In this document: piece after piece, positions 9,251-24,351 of the stretch | Layout of the letters: every line of letters begins with the position of its first letter | Position numbering within the stretch: position 1 is the first letter of the stretch | Assembly: GCA_048013815.1 (NCBI GenBank) | Contig: CM106585.1 | Coordinates: 23,870,001 to 23,934,000, forward strand | Length of the DNA stretch: 64,000 bases | Direction of reading: 5' to 3' | From: Setoptus koraiensis | Taxonomy: Eukaryota > Animalia > Arthropoda | The notes under the pieces: model-generated | The model's input: only the letters and a program-made list of their open reading frames with translations | Told to the model about the DNA's origin: nothing | Database searches by the model: none | Program-made: the position numbers and the translations under genes

Positions 9251-11688
9251 CCTAGCGAACTAGCAATTTTACGATCGGCGTATTAATTATACCAGTATTT
9301 GCGTCATACTAAAACAGCACCGATAACAACACTGTCGGCTGTCATCGCTATGTTCACCTGTGCGTGCTCTACTTTTGTTTGCTGTTGTCTTCTCTGTATG
9401 TTGCTTGTGTATCTTGTTTGTGTATCTTGTATGCGCCTGTCGAATGCGCCTGCATCGTCTATTGTCTACTGCGATGTTATCAAATCTGCATGAAAGACAG
9501 ATTTGATAATATCATATAATAACTATGAGCGAAATACAGTTGTCGTTGCTGGCAAGCAACAAAAGACAGGTGAAACAAACAAAAGAAGCGAGACGAGACG
9601 AAGCGTAACGGCAATTAATCGACAGGGCCCAACCTCTGATAAAAACACCGTACTTGTCACTGTTGTTTTCTGTTTGTTGTCGTCGCAACCAACGGCCAGC
9701 CAGACTGACTCGAACTCGGACAGCAGTCGTTTGTTTCTGTTGCGCTATCTCGCTCAACAAATCGCAACTTGCATCATATGCACTTGTGGCAGTGATGTAA
9801 TGGTACCAGCAATAACCAGTCAAGTAAAATATCTGGCTTCTTTTATGTGCTCTTCAATTCTTTATAGTTTTTGTCGGACGCAATTGTGTTGATTGGACGC
9901 TGGGGAGTCGCGAACTGAGCGACCACGCAACAGTTTTCATTTAGAGCCTCGATGAACTTTGTCGGGCAACATTTATTGTTTTTGCCGGTGTTGCCAGTGT
10001 TGCCAGTGTTGCCGGTGTTGCTGTTGTTGCTGTTACTGCTGCTGTTGTTGCTGCTGCTGGGATAAGCTGATGATAACAGTGCCAACAGATGTGTCAATCG
10101 GTGTGTCACTGTGCAAACTTTCGAGCCGAAACTCTGAGAGTCTCAGAACGAAAAAAACAACTGTATTAAATATATATTAAATATTTGCGCGATGACGGCT
10201 TGCAATAAAATCAGTTTGTGCCGCCACCCCACAGAGAGCCCCACGTGGCCTAATTGTGCGGCTGGCAAACAGGTGAGTTTTGTTTATTTATCCACTAAGT
10301 TGGCCAAATCCGGGGATCAACGACAGCAACAAGAGATAACGAGAAGCAGCAGCAGCAACAACAACTAACTAACTAAATTAACTTGATGATGATTTACAGC
10401 ATACGAGCGATGGGTTTGAGTGGTCGATAGGCACTCGCACCATTGCATATAAACGTCGGCCGTTGCTGCGAGATGAGATAACCAGCAACGACCGGCAACG
10501 ATAAAGTTGAGTAGCTTGCAAGAGAGCAGCAGAGCAATATTGCAAGATTGCGAGAAAAGACAGGCCAAGAAAGAGTTACATCGGTCAACAACAACAACGC
10601 CGACAATAACAATCAACAGCAAGCCGAGTGAGAGTAATTGTAAGCGCGTGTCATGTTGAACCGACAGCAGCAGCAGCAACGGCAGCGGACAAACAAAGGT
10701 AGATAAATAGACAACAGCGAGCGCAGTAAACGAATGACAGGACAGGTAAAAAAATTGTTTGGTCGTCTATCAACAGGTCGTCAGCGGCGAGTGCAGTCAG
10801 TGATTACGATTAGGCAATAAATAACAATTTAATGATGACAAGCGCACACAACAAAACATCATGTGAGCACAATCGTATAAAGCACCGCAGCAGAGACATT
10901 TTACGTAACCGTGGTCGCACAGTCAGACAGATAAGCCCGCATACGACCACATATAACCCATTCGATACTCTATCGGGAGGCGCAATTGTTGTTGCGCTGT
11001 GGCCGGTCGATCTGGCAGGCCAAAAGGTGCAAGTTTGAACTGAACCGGCAAATAGATTCATGGCTCGTCTCTCTTATTTATTTCGTATCTGTAAATGCAG
11101 GCCAGACCAGGTGAGCTTGCAACTTTGGCCCGTTCATTTTCTATTTATACGACGCGCTATTGTGTAGGCACTGTTGTATGTGGCACGTTTTTAACATGAC
11201 ATCAACGATTATCCGGCTTGGCTGCGTTGAGTTTGGCTGCTTCGAGTGAGGAGACACCAACTGAGGTGCAAATGGAAACGTCATAAACGAGCAGCATGCA
11301 ACACAACGACATTAACAAGTCGACGATGAATCGTGTGCCCACTTGTGTCACTATGTGTGTGTCGTCTCGATACCCGACGACCACTGGCAATTTCAAATAG
11401 TTTATTTGCAACACGTCACCTCACTCGTTATTAGCAATTAACATTGACAGGCGAAAAGAAACTAACTAAAATCTAACAGGTGAACGACAAGTTGATTATT
11501 ATTGTTTGTTGTTGTTGTTGTTGTTATCGCTGCTAGGCCATCGAGCGGCATCGTCCCTGAAAAGTCAACTCTTGACCACTGGTCACTCAATTGTCTGCTC
11601 GGTGTGGTAGCCTGAAGTCGAGTAGCCGCAAGCTTGCAAGCTAACGGGTGTGTGAGGTGGAAACAAGTGTTGAACTTGCGAACCGATT

Positions 11689-11760
11689 CCATATAATCGA
11701 CCATATAATCGACCATATAATCGACCATATAATCGACCATATAATCGACCATATAATCCA
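11689..11760. repeat. 12-bp tandem repeat (CCATATAATCGA) x ~5.8
   Basis: Read directly from the sequence; degenerate copies continue to ~11787. Confidence 0.95.
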
Positions 11761-14700
11761 TTATAAGATCGACTATACAATCGACAGCGACGCAAACAAC
11801 ACGAGCAAGTTGGCCCCATCACCTGACTCGGCTGAACCCGTCAACTGGAGGTTACCACACAACCAGACGCAACCACAACCAGACGCAATAACAACCAGAC
11901 GAAACAACAGCAACAACAAGGCCAACCGTCGTTGACTAACAGTGCAATTTCTGGCTGCAATGCGGCCTTTTTCATCCAACTTGTGCAATGTTTTATTTTA
12001 TGTCTCTGCTAATTGCATGTAACATTTATGACTATTGATAATAATTACTGGTATTGAGTGAACTACCAATATTACACTGGTGAGCGGCACTGATTCAACA
12101 AGTGGTTGTTGTTATTGGCCGGTTAGAGGTTGTGGCAGCATCACACACAAGACACAAATGATAATAAACGAAATTATGATTATAATAATTGCCATGAAGA
12201 GGCCAAAGCAATAATTAGCTCAGCGTTGTTGTTGTTGCTGTTGGCGCAATTGACTTTTGATTTTCATATTTTCATATGCACACTCTTAATGGCTTTTCAA
12301 ACAATAATCTCATTTGATTGCCCACCAAACTCAAATGAAACGAGCACAACAAATCACTCAAATTGTTACCATATGACGTACATAGGAAATAGCAGCATCG
12401 TGGCGCACTTACTTATTAGTGGATAAAACAGTTGAATAAATTATCAACTATACTATAGTATAGGTTGCCTTGATTTGATGCTCTCATCAGCCGTACACTA
12501 TTTGGAGTGCACTCCATTCATTGATCAGGTAGAGTCAAGCATCGGGAAACATATCGGGTATAATACAACTCTATGGAGATTGATGTTGCCGATATGCTCT
12601 TATTTATGAACAATAACAAAGAGCAACAACAACAACGACATCAACAACAACAAACACTGCAATAAATAAATTCAGCTAGATTATGCTGGTATTTCTGGTT
12701 TCAGGGGGTAGCCACGCCCAATATTAGAGTACCAGCAGCAGTGGTGGCGAAATAAATCAAAGCTAAATCAGCTGGTAACGGTTGTGCTAGAAAAGCAACA
12801 AAGCAACCCAATTCGGGTCAGGTGACTCCAATTGACAGCATTCGGGCATTCGGGGCACCAGAGATAGAGAGAGGCCAATGAACCCAGGTAGTGGTAGTTG
12901 TGCTTTGGTTGACCGCGGGCAGCACCTCGATTAAGGTCTATTAGCACTACTAATTGCATCTCGTGCACATTTCATACGGACATATCATATAATATCATAT
13001 TATCATGTTGTGATGTGTGCTGGGTCAAATGGTGCAAATGTGCATTGATTTGTTGTTGGCTTTCGCAAGTTGCTATTGGCGACCGGTCAGTCCGATGCAG
13101 GTGATCACTGGTCACACACACAGGTAACAACAAGGTACGAAAACAAGGTGACCATTAGTGACGTGCCTATAATAGACAGCAATGATAATTAATTATGTGT
13201 TACCATTTCAGTAGAGTGCATTGTCCAAAACTTGATGAGTTGCATCAGTCGCATGGCCTATATATGCTATACAGACAGACAGACAGTAGAGATGTATCAT
13301 ATCAGATCATATTATCTCGCACGAGATGTATACTGATATGAATATTATATATTATAATATCTCGTGATCAGATTGATAGTCTCACTAATAACTGATCAGC
13401 TGATCAGCATTGGCTACAACCCATAATATGCCGTTGGATGATATTCATATGATATTCATATGATATTCAGGTGTCAGCCGATCACCAATTGTCTAATTGT
13501 TGGTTGTGCATTTATGTTGGCTCATGGTCATTAGTTGCTGATTAGTGTTACTTCGAAATCTGACACACGGGCTCATTTGGGGCTCATTTGGCAGGCCGAA
13601 GGTGCCACACAATCGCACATGCTAATTTTGTTTGCATGAATATGTTGGTTGTATCATTTGGAATTGGCCCAATTTGGCCGCCTATTCTTTGTTTGCAACA
13701 CCCAACAAAGAGAGAGTAAATATTGACCACGCAATCACATGATTAACAGATGATCATTTGAACTCATCACACTTGAGTGATTAACATTGTGAGATTGCTT
13801 GCCGTGTTCAACATGGCATGTTGTGTGCGAAAAGACGCGACCAGATGAGGTCGGCATGAGATTATATGCGATGCGATGCGATGCGAAAACAAATTGATCG
13901 TCGTGTCATCAATATTGCCCAGCTAACTATTATAGCTAACTATCATAGCTAGCTATTATAGCTAACTAGTATAGGTATGTATGCAAATGATTTAGTTTGA
14001 GTTATGATTGCTGAGTTAGTTATTAGACTAGTTATTACATGTGCCACTCATACAGAGTATGAGTCACTCTATGAGTTGACTCTTGTTGCTGATGCATCAA
14101 TTGTGAACTCATCTCACAAATCGCATCGGTGAACTGATCATCAGCACAACAACCGACTCACTCACCTGTTTCACCATCAGCAATGATGGATAACTGTCAG
14201 TTGGGCTAACACTTGTCAGATAACAGGCCAGCCAGGTAAGCTGAGTCAGGTTAGCGGGCGTAACCAATAAGATGCAAAAGATGAGCAAAGATTATAGGTT
14301 GCGCAATAACAGTCTAGCTAGCGCAATGACACCGCACCTGTCGACGTCACGAGTCGTATCATTATCACCACTGATTTGTGTTGAGCGTTTCATGACACGA
14401 CAACAACAATTGCCCAGTCTCATTAGTGACACTGCTACTCTCTATTGTTATTATTACCATTATTGTTATTATCACTGTTATTATTACCGCTACTATTGGA
14501 CTGACTATTGTGAGTGCGAAAAACGAGCGAGACCCACACACAGACTCTCCAATGCAGAGGCTGATTAACAGGTTGCAATGGGTAGACTGAAATACCCGTC
14601 GATGAGCGATTCAGTAACCATGCCAAAAATCACTTGTCATTGCATAACAATATCACTGCAACACACACACATGCGTTATTGTGCAGTACACATTTTGCAA

Positions 14701-17700
14701 CCATAGCTAGTATAGCTAGTTGTAGATGATGTAACTGGAGAGTCAAGGAAACTGGATAATTACCAATGCTCCTTCTAGGCCGAATCATAGTAAAATAGTT
14801 GATCATTATGTAAAAGCAATAGAGACATAGGGAGACGCAAGAATGAAGATAAAAATAACAAACAAATCAATCAACGTCACTCAGCGACTTGTCGATGATC
14901 ACCCCATGGCATCACCTGGCACAAATGTTAGTTACTCACCTGTAAGCCTGCACAGGTAAGTAACTAACACTAATTAGCTAACTAGCATTGGTGCAATGTA
15001 ACAAGTGCCAAGTCGCTGCTAGTCGTCGTCGTTGCTGCTTGTTGCACCCGTTGCACTGGGACCTGTTATAATGAGTGAGATGATGAGAAAAATAGTAGGC
15101 AAGTCAGCTACTTTTGTTGCCTTTTACGGCCGCTTTAGCTCTCGTATGATTTATTGGCCAATTCCGTGGTTGACTAGGCCACTCTTGTCTCACTTGTCTA
15201 TTATTGTTGGTTGGTGCATCCAACATGAACATATATATAGATATACACTAGTAGTTTGAGGGACGCAGCAAGAGTATTAAAAACAATAATAGTATTACCG
15301 ATAAGACCGACAAAAATATTAATGATGCCAGTGCCAGTCTATACATTATACCAATTACTGAGTTAGTACTGCTACATCACTAATTGTCTGCTTGTCTGTA
15401 TTCTTGACTCATTTATATTCACATGTGTGCAAATTGCCAGAAATAACTTGTTGATTGTTCAAGACATGCCAACTGGCATGCACATCACACATATATTATC
15501 ATATAAACATTATCATGTATATATTATCACGCCGGATAGACAACTCAATCTGGCCCAATTAGTGCACATGTTATGGCCCACCAGTGCCAGCCAATTTGCA
15601 TTTGCGCATTTCTTCTTCTTATTATTATTATTGTTACTGTTCGCATGTAATGTGGTCCTGTACAGGTATAATCTATCTACCAAAGCTGCAGTTACCAACA
15701 CTCGCCTGCCCCAATGTAAAAAATATCCCAATCAAGCCACGGAGCTAGGTGTAGCTGTTGTTGTTGGTATTGTCGTTGTTGGCAATGTCGTTGGTGTCGT
15801 TGTCGCTGACTTCACAGGCTGCGAACGGCAGCGACAACCAACGTGAAGCGAGCATCAAGTGGTCGCAGTTGACTGCCATTGGTCGTCGTTGCATTGGTTG
15901 TCCATTAGAGTCTAATGATTAGACTGCAATGATTAGAGAGAATGCACAATCAATCACCTGGTGGCTAGTCCACTGACTGGTGTGCTCCTGTCGACTGTCT
16001 ATCACCTGTGCACCAGTTGCCTATGCGATGCATCAACAGTAAGTGGAGCGCAACAAATGCAAACACAATTACACACAGAAGGCGCACAGAAACTTGTCGT
16101 CGTTGAGGAATTTCCACTTGCCACAACCACTACAACGGCAGCAGCAGCAGCAACAACAACAGCAACAACAACAGCAACAACGACAGCAATAACGACAGTC
16201 GGTGCGATATAAGGCACGATGCAGGGTATGATGCAAGTATGTATAAGTGTGAGTATAAGCACGTCACATTTGCATACAAACTGCACAGACCACACCAGCA
16301 CTACACACTGTCCATTGTAAGGTCCATACGGCACCTCCAACAAACACTCACTAACTGAACACTCAAATGGCCACAACAAATCAATTGGCTGCATCGGACA
16401 ATAATGGTTAGCTAACAAGCAAAGTGACGCCATTACACGCCACACTGAACCATTGATAGTGATTGGTCAATACGCACGCTTCTATTTTGGGCATACCAAG
16501 CAAACAAGCAAGACCACAACGATAACAGCAACAACACCGACTGACAAGACTGATCGACTGGCGGCGTTCGCGCAAGTTGTTGCTGGTGACGCAAAGTCGC
16601 TTATTCATGGCGGATAGTTCATTCATGCTCACATAGCTATTTGCTTGTTGTGCCACTTGTGTGTCTCCGTTCACCGACCGACACAAGCCACATCCGCAAC
16701 AATCAAACAACACAAGACACAATTTGTTATTGTTGTTAATCTTGGGAGAATCACCTGTTGCACGCAACATGTGACTGGCAGCAACGGCGACTGGCCACTC
16801 TCACAAGTCACATGAGTATAATTGCAAAGATCAATATTCTCCATGTTGTTGTGGGTGTCACACATAATGACAACAACAATGCACTCTAGTTTACCAACGC
16901 AGTTACAGTGGCCCGGCCAATGGCCGCCCGATGCATTTGCAGTTTGGACGGAATGCATTTGCAGTTGCGACGGTATGCATTTGGAGCATTGCGAGTCACA
17001 TATATTGAAATTCAAACTGCATGTTACACCCAAACAATGTTACACACATCATAAGCCATAGATGCATAATCCATTTTTAAATGGAGTTACCTGCGCCAAC
17101 AGGTGAGTGGAGGGTGCACCAGTTTACTGTTGTTGTTGTTGTTGTTGTTTGAGAGCGCTCACCTGTTGTTGTCGCTGTGTGAGTTTGTGTGTGTCCATCC
17201 AGAGATAGTTCACTGACAGCGAGTGACGCGAGCTTCGATTCATCATCCATTGGCATCGTCCATTGGCGTCATCGCAATGCGCCATCAACCATTATGATGC
17301 TGATCTTACATCTACAGGTTGCCTACAGGTTGGCCTGCAACATGCACCAAGCAACGAGCCATAAATAAGGTGTTACTAGCTCTGATCGGCACCATACTGA
17401 CCGGTCATACAACAACAATCATCCGACTGACCAACTCATTTCAACTGACCAAATCATTTCAATTTTGTCAGTGTGTGGCGCCACAGACACCAATCATCAT
17501 GGTGCTGCCGCTGCTATTACCTCATACTGTATGAGTCATACACAAACATAGACAGCTATTAGACTATTATAGAGTATTAAGTGTAACGCTGCTTGTATCG
17601 AGCTTGAGTTACCATTATTGAGTATTGAGGTCACAAACAGGTGCACACACACACACACACACACACAAATCATCTAGTCATAGTGGTTGTCTGGTTGCGT

Positions 17701-18367
17701 AAGTGTCGCGCACAAATATTCCAATATTCACTTGACTATTCGCTATTGGTTGCGTAATGCCGTATTAAGAGTGGCCAGATACAATTATGCATTTTAAACT
17801 GGTTGCCGGCTTGCGACGGCCACTATGAAATATAAGACTATACCATACAAAATGTTAAATGTGTGTGTGTATGCTCCATATACGCAAAAGTTAATGATTG
17901 TTTCATATGATTTTGTCTTGATCTTGTCTTGATTTTGTGTGAGATTCAGCACAGTCAAGAGTCAAGACATGAGAGATAAGTCAGAGCTCAGAGCTCAGAG
18001 CTCACTGCCCAGTGCTCAGTGGGAACGATAGAGAAGAACCTCAGTCAAGACGATGAAATAAAATATAAAAATGACGCCTGCAAAACAACAAGAACGTTGT
18101 TGTTGTCTGTTATGTGTCGTTCTCGTCGATTCGTCGTTTGTGATTGCGCGAATACACAATTCGAGCAATACACTACACACTGTAACTAGCAGTCAGTTGA
18201 GTGATAGCCCAGAGATGGAGATTACATAACTATCAAGAGAATGCGCGGCGTAATAATGCAAGTCAAGCATGGATGATTACGATGACACGATTCTGTTGCT
18301 GTTGTCGTTGTTGTTGCTTGCCGTTGCCGGCCCATAGAGAATTGAAGTCTCGGCTACTTATGATTAC

Positions 18368-18479
<112 letters not shown>

Positions 18480-20144
18480 GTGATGCTGATGATGATGATG
18501 ATGAATGTGACGGTGATGATGACAACGATGATGCAACTGATGCATCTAGCCGCAAATACACACCTGATGCCATTGATGTGGTCACACACACAAACACAAA
18601 GTATCGGTCCGTTCGTCTGTGCAGGGCCAATTCTAATCTCTGTTACACCTGTCGTTGTATCATGTCAGACTTGATTGGCATGCAGGCGCACACATTCGCA
18701 CCATTGCGTCATGTCACCTGAAATATATTTATATCTATCTCAGGTGACATCATATCATCAATGTTGTCGCTCACTCGCTCACTAAGCACAGAAAAATGAC
18801 CATTTCACATCTTGTGTAACGCGCTAGGTGGTCAAGTGCACACACTACAAGTCAACAGGTTATCTATACCAGTCTCGTTGGTGGTCATACAATAAACTTT
18901 GCCTCATGCACCTGTCCAATTGGTCACTACTGTCACAATTGGCTTCCAACTGACCACTGTACACAACTGCACACCACAGTGATTGCACATCAAACGCCAA
19001 ACTCGCAAACAACAACAATGGTACCCTATCTACCATACGAGCCGTGACCCTTGCCCAGGGCAGCCGTTGACAGGTGAGCAGAGCGGGCACACGGATCATC
19101 ATCATCGGACCGATCAGATCGATATTGCAAATCCTTTCTTCTTCTTCTTTTTACCTGCCTTCCCCCTCGCAATTGTCTGCTTCTTTTTTTTTTCTTTACA
19201 ATGACTGCTCGACATAGTTGTGTCGCCATTTGTCACGATCAATTGATTGTGTAATAGGCATAAAATAGCCCGGCTATTGTGTTTGTGTGTGTGTGTGATA
19301 GACCAATAAATTATTCAAACAAAAACCATTAATCTTGCAGTTTCACATCATACACAACACATGTACATTATTTTTCCGTCCAGTTTGAGGCATCTCCTTA
19401 TTTGCAAACGCTGTTCTGCGAGAATTCACCTGTTCAGCGTCGCTAGCGCGCATCTCTCTCGCCCTATTGAACATATATCCGATATTTTAGCAAAATTTTC
19501 TGATTAACTGTTATATAAATTACACTCTGTTTTAAGAATGAATTTTATCCATACCACGAGTGCAAGATATTGAACGAATAAAGTCTTATACAAGGATCGC
19601 AATTACTGGGAATCACTGGCGATTTAGGCCAGCTTCCAGTCAATGCAGATGTCATTGAATATGATGGTCACTCTCGTGACAGTATAAGAATCAAGAGCGA
19701 TCATCTGAGAGATGGCTTTCTATATTTTGAGAACAACATTCACATGAATATTTGCAATTGAAATATTCTCGTCGATTCTCTAGAGTCACTGACTAAAAAT
19801 TGATCTATGGTTTAGGTATTGTCGAGATGTACATACAGACTGCTTTTATTACCACTACTGCGTCAGCTGTTTTGTATGTTTGGCCCATTGAGAAACCCTA
19901 AATATATCTCACATATGTAAATATGTGCACTGTTGATATTCATCCAAAGAGGGCATAAACTGCAACAAAAATTACAATGTCGGCCACGAGTCTCCCGTTG
20001 TCTATTAGAAGATCTTTGGATCTGCTCATTTGATATTAGATTTGTCTAAGATCTCAAGATTTCAATTAGGATCCGTTAGGCAAAACGAACGAATTTAGGG
20101 CATATTTAGCAACAATATCAGTGAAACTAATAACAAATTCAAGG

Positions 20145-21150
20145 ATGTCAACAATAAAAAACGTATTACTGGATATAAACGGAGTGTTATTTGAATCCGG
20201 TGAAGACCATCCCATAGCCGGTAGTGTGGAGGCAATACAAAGGTTGGTTATTCGCTAACAATATTACACTTAACTCTTGTGTAAGACATGAAATTCTAAG
20301 TCGAAAACTCAATTCTATCGATTTTCAAACACCAAGCCTGGTCGATAGGGGCATAAATATTTGTTTGGTGACCAACGAATGCACAACCGCAAAGAGATTA
20401 TTGTCCAAGAAACTAAACGATTTCGGTTACACGACTATATCACCATCAATAATTGTTTCGCCTGCCCCAGTAGCATGTCGCTATTTAATTGAAAACAATC
20501 TGACGCCTCATTTGCATGTTTGGGATGGTGTCAGAGAAGATTTTAAAGCCGCTCTGCAAGGAACAATTGAGCGGGAGGCGAATTGTTTAGTTGTTGGAGA
20601 TTGTATGAGCAAGATAGATCGTGATTTTATGGATGGCTCATTTGAAGCTCTTGCCCGAATGGACAAACCATTGATTTTATCTCTTGGAGCCGGTCGTTAC
20701 TATAAAGATTGTGGGCGACTCAGATTGGACACAGGAGCGTACGTGGCAGCGTTCGAATACAGTCTTGGTTTGAAGGCAATCAATTTCGGAAAACCATCCG
20801 AGCTGTTTTTCAAAGAAGCCATGGACATTATTGGGGCAGATGTCGCGAATACAATTATGATAGGTGACGATATTGTATCAGATGTTGGGGGTGCTCAGAA
20901 ACTGGGAATGAAAGGTTAGTCTGATAGAAATTGATGAAGCGGGGAACTTTTCATGCCGCGCAATCATCTAATTCAATGTCATGTTTGTTATTTCCATCGC
21001 GTCGAAATACCTGATCCGATTCATTAAATTCTAGGTGCCTTGGTAAGGACTGGCAAATATAAGCCATCTGACGAAACCAATCTAGAAGTTAGAGCGGATT
21101 TTGTTTTCGATGATCTCAAACAAGCAGTTGAGATGTTATTCGGCACATAA
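20145..21150 (+). CDS. LHPP: Phospholysine phosphohistidine inorganic pyrophosphate phosphatase (HAD class IIA), 263 aa; join(20145..20242,20337..20914,21035..21150)
   Basis: Exon 1 MSTIKNVLLDINGVLFESG...IAGSVEAI (HAD motif I). Exon 2 has TNE, LSLGAGRYYKD, GKPS and MIGDDIVSDVGGAQ. Exon 3 GALVRTGKYKPSDE. GT...AG introns of 94 and 120 bp restore the frame. Confidence 0.9.
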
Positions 21151-21283
21151 TGAAAGAGTTGCCGATTCTTTTCAAAGTTATGTTTGGGCAAAAATAATAA
21201 AGCGGACGGTCAATGGTTCATTTAGGGATTGATTTAATCGCCAGCAATCATAATTTTTTAAAACATCAAACTAGTTATACTAT

Positions 21284-23821
21284 TTAGCGTACATAGTGTA
21301 ATTTTTCAAATGTGGGTTCTACTCCCCAGATATTACGACAGTATTCAGTTATTGCACGATCACTCGAGAATTTACCAGATGCGGCTATGTTAAGTATGCA
21401 CTTGGTGGTCCACTTGTCTGGTTGGTTGTATAATGCGTCTACTTCCGCTTGGCACTTGACGTAGGCGTCGAAGTCTGCCAATGCCATGAATCTGTCATGG
21501 TGCATCACTACGTCGATCAGATCCTTGAATTGATCGGGATTGTGTGGACTGAAAAACCCTTCCTTGATTTGATCGATGACTAGTTTTAGGTCAGGATTTT
21601 CATTGTAATATTTGTGAGCGCTATATCCACCGGGACTGGCCTTTAACGCCTCTACCTCTTCTTCTCTCATACCGAAAATGAAGATATTATCTTCTCCCAC
21701 CTCTTCATACATCTCAACGTTTGCACCATCCATTGTACCAATTGTCAGAGCGCCGTTCAACATGAATTTCATATTACCAGTACCCGAAGCTTCGGTTCCA
21801 GCAGTAGATATTTGAACGCTCAAATCGCAAGCGGGCACTATCTTCTCGGCGAAGGATATTCTGTAGTTCTCCAAGTAGATCAATTTAAGTTTGTCGCCAA
21901 TGTCGGGGTCATTGTTGATGACATTAGCTACGCTACAGGCGAGTCTAATAATCTGTTTGGCTACGTGGTAACCGGGTGCAGCCTTGCCTCCGATCATAAC
22001 TGTTCTTGGTACATAGGCCAATGAAGGATTAGCTTTGAGCCGATTGTAATCATAAATAACTCTCAGTATATTGAGCAGTTGACGTTTGTATTCGTGGATG
22101 CGCTTAACATGAACATCGAAAATGGATCCAACATTGATTTGGACGCCATAATCGCGCTCAATTATTTCGGCCAGACGCATTTTGTTTTCGTTTTTGACAT
22201 CTTGGACGGCTCTTATGAAGGTAGGGTCGCGGGCGTATTTTTCCAACTTTCTGAGTTGTTCTAAATGCGTAATCCAATCCTCACCAATGCGTTCAGCTAT
22301 CAGGTCGCTGAGACCAGGATTACACTGTACCAACCAGCGACGGGGCGTTATTCCATTCGTAACGTTAATGAACTTTGATTTGTCCATTTCATAAAACCAT
22401 CTAAAGGTATCACGTTTGAGTATATCAGAGTGTATCTTGGCTACTCCATTTACTTTGTGGGATCCCACGATCGACAAGTTGGCCATGTTGATTTTTTTCT
22501 CATCTCCTTCTTCCACCAGAGAGAGGGTGCGCATTTTGTCAAGGTCACCGGGCCACATTTTCTCTACTTTACCCAAGTGCTCCAGATTGATACGATAAAT
22601 GATTTGAAGATGTCTTGGTAAGATGGACTCGAGCATACTGCACGACCATCGTTCGAGTGCCTCTGGTAACACGGTGTGATTGGTATAGCCAAAAGTGTTG
22701 GTGGTTATTTGCCAGGCTTTGTCCCACTCCATGCCCTCCAAATCGACCAAGATGCGCATAAGCTCTGGTATCGCCAACGATGGATGGGTGTCGTTGAGCT
22801 GAATCGCGTTCGACTCGGCAAAATTAGAGTAATCTATGTGATGAGCGTCACCATTAGTCAACTTTTTATCCTGTCTTTTCATGGCAGCTTTGCTTTGATT
22901 TTTGAAACGTCGCACAATATCCTGAAGTGTGGCCGAGCACAAGAAATACTCCTGCTTCAGCCGTAACTCTTTGCCCTCGAATATGTTATCGTTGGGATAG
23001 AGAACTCGCGAGATATTCTCAGCCAAATTCCTATCTAGAACAGCCTGGATGTAATCGCCACTGTTGAAGAAGCCTAAATTGAACTCGTTGGGTGACTTGG
23101 CGGACCACAATCGCATCGTGTTCACATAGTCATTTCGATAACCGGGTACGGGATAATCGTATGGCATTGCGTATACCAGCTGACAATCAACCCATTGTCC
23201 GTCCTCATCGATGCGTCCGTAGTATTGTATGGGCAGTAGATATTCGGGTCTCGATTTCTCCCATGGGTTGCCGAATCTCAACCAATTATCGGGCTCTTCG
23301 ACTTGCTCGCCATTTCTAATCTTTTGAGCGAACAAACCGTATTCGTATCTTATACCGTAACCATAACCTGGTATGCCAAGACTGGCCATCGAATCAAGAA
23401 AGCAAGCAGCTAACCTACCCAAACCGCCATTACCTAGACCGGCGTCTTGTTCTTCATCTTCGAGCTCCTCAATATCCAAACCTAGTTGATAAAGGGCTTC
23501 ATCACATGATGAGCCGATGCCAATATTGATCATGGTGTTAGATAGCGAACGGCCAATGTAATATTCGAGTGAGAGGTAGTAGACTCGTTTGGGGTTCTTC
23601 TCGTAATATTGTTGCTGTGTTCTGATCCAACGAGACACTAGGTGATCTCTGACAGTGTGGGCGAGAGCTGTATAATAATCGCGTTTTGTGGCAACATTTC
23701 TATCCTTGACTAGAGTACAATGTAAATGGCGATTGAATGATTGTTTGATGTCGCTGACATTCTCGGCTTGAGCGATGCCACGAACTGAAATTTGTTTTCG
23801 TAAATGTGCCTCAGTAGCCAT
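21284..23821 (-). CDS. GlyP: Glycogen phosphorylase, 845 aa, single exon
   Basis: RKQISVRG phosphorylation site, [34 protein letters not shown] (PLP lysine). Full length with no intron. Confidence 0.98.
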   Translation of the reverse strand: MATEAHLRKQISVRGIAQAENVSDIKQSFNRHLHCTLVKDRNVATKRDYYTALAHTVRDHLVSRWIRTQQQYYEKNPKRVYYLSLEYYIGRSLSNTMINIGIGSSCDEALYQLGLDIEELEDEEQDAGLGNGGLGRLAACFLDSMASLGIPGYGYGIRYEYGLFAQKIRNGEQVEEPDNWLRFGNPWEKSRPEYLLPIQYYGRIDEDGQWVDCQLVYAMPYDYPVPGYRNDYVNTMRLWSAKSPNEFNLGFFNSGDYIQAVLDRNLAENISRVLYPNDNIFEGKELRLKQEYFLCSATLQDIVRRFKNQSKAAMKRQDKKLTNGDAHHIDYSNFAESNAIQLNDTHPSLAIPELMRILVDLEGMEWDKAWQITTNTFGYTNHTVLPEALERWSCSMLESILPRHLQIIYRINLEHLGKVEKMWPGDLDKMRTLSLVEEGDEKKINMANLSIVGSHKVNGVAKIHSDILKRDTFRWFYEMDKSKFINVTNGITPRRWLVQCNPGLSDLIAERIGEDWITHLEQLRKLEKYARDPTFIRAVQDVKNENKMRLAEIIERDYGVQINVGSIFDVHVKRIHEYKRQLLNILRVIYDYNRLKANPSLAYVPRTVMIGGKAAPGYHVAKQIIRLACSVANVINNDPDIGDKLKLIYLENYRISFAEKIVPACDLSVQISTAGTEASGTGNMKFMLNGALTIGTMDGANVEMYEEVGEDNIFIFGMREEEVEALKASPGGYSAHKYYNENPDLKLVIDQIKEGFFSPHNPDQFKDLIDVVMHHDRFMALADFDAYVKCQAEVDALYNQPDKWTTKCILNIAASGKFSSDRAITEYCRNIWGVEPTFEKLHYVR

Positions 23822-24139
23822 CTTGACTGTAATATATGTGATATATCTGAATATAGCGTGCTAGTTATTTTAAATATTATTGTAATGATTGAATTTTGAC
23901 TGATTGGTGACTATTGGCTAGACGACTCTAAATTGATTGTACCGAAGCGATTAATTTTTCATAGTATTTATAGTCGTCTTACACTTGTTGCCAGAAATTT
24001 ACATGTGATGAGAGATTAATAATAATCTAGTTTTGGTGAGGCTGGGGAGAGAAACAAGTGCAATCATGCGCAGAGATATATCAAGTACAACATTCTCAGA
24101 TGTAAGGGTTACATTATGCAACTTTAGGGTGTAGCAGTC

Positions 24140-24351
24140 GCATTACTCCTTCATTGAGCCTAGTCCCGTCCCTGGCGATATGTGACATTATCACATGTAT
24201 GACATGTATTAGTGACTATTGTACTTGATATATTTCTGCCATTGCATAACTCCCTCATTGAGCCTAGCTCTGTCTCTAGCGCCATGTAACACTATTACAT
24301 GTGGTATACATATAAATTTATTAGTGACTCTAGTACTTGATACATTTCTGC
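24140..24351. repeat. Diverged ~104-bp tandem duplication inside the GlyP/SRD5A3 divergent promoter region
   Basis: ACTCC(T/C)TCATTGAGCCTAG at 24145 and 24249; similarity continues through TATTAGTGACT and GTACTTGATA(T/C)ATTTCTG. Confidence 0.8.

Noticed and set aside
11689-11760. CRISPR-like appearance of short direct repeats (also 38746-38820 and 54749-54850)
   Set aside because: The repeats are contiguous without unique spacers, there are no cas genes, and the context is eukaryotic.
21812-23319. Plus-strand ORFs overlapping glycogen phosphorylase (also those antisense to RYa-R exon 4 and PWP1)
   Set aside because: They are antisense shadows of codon-biased real genes.
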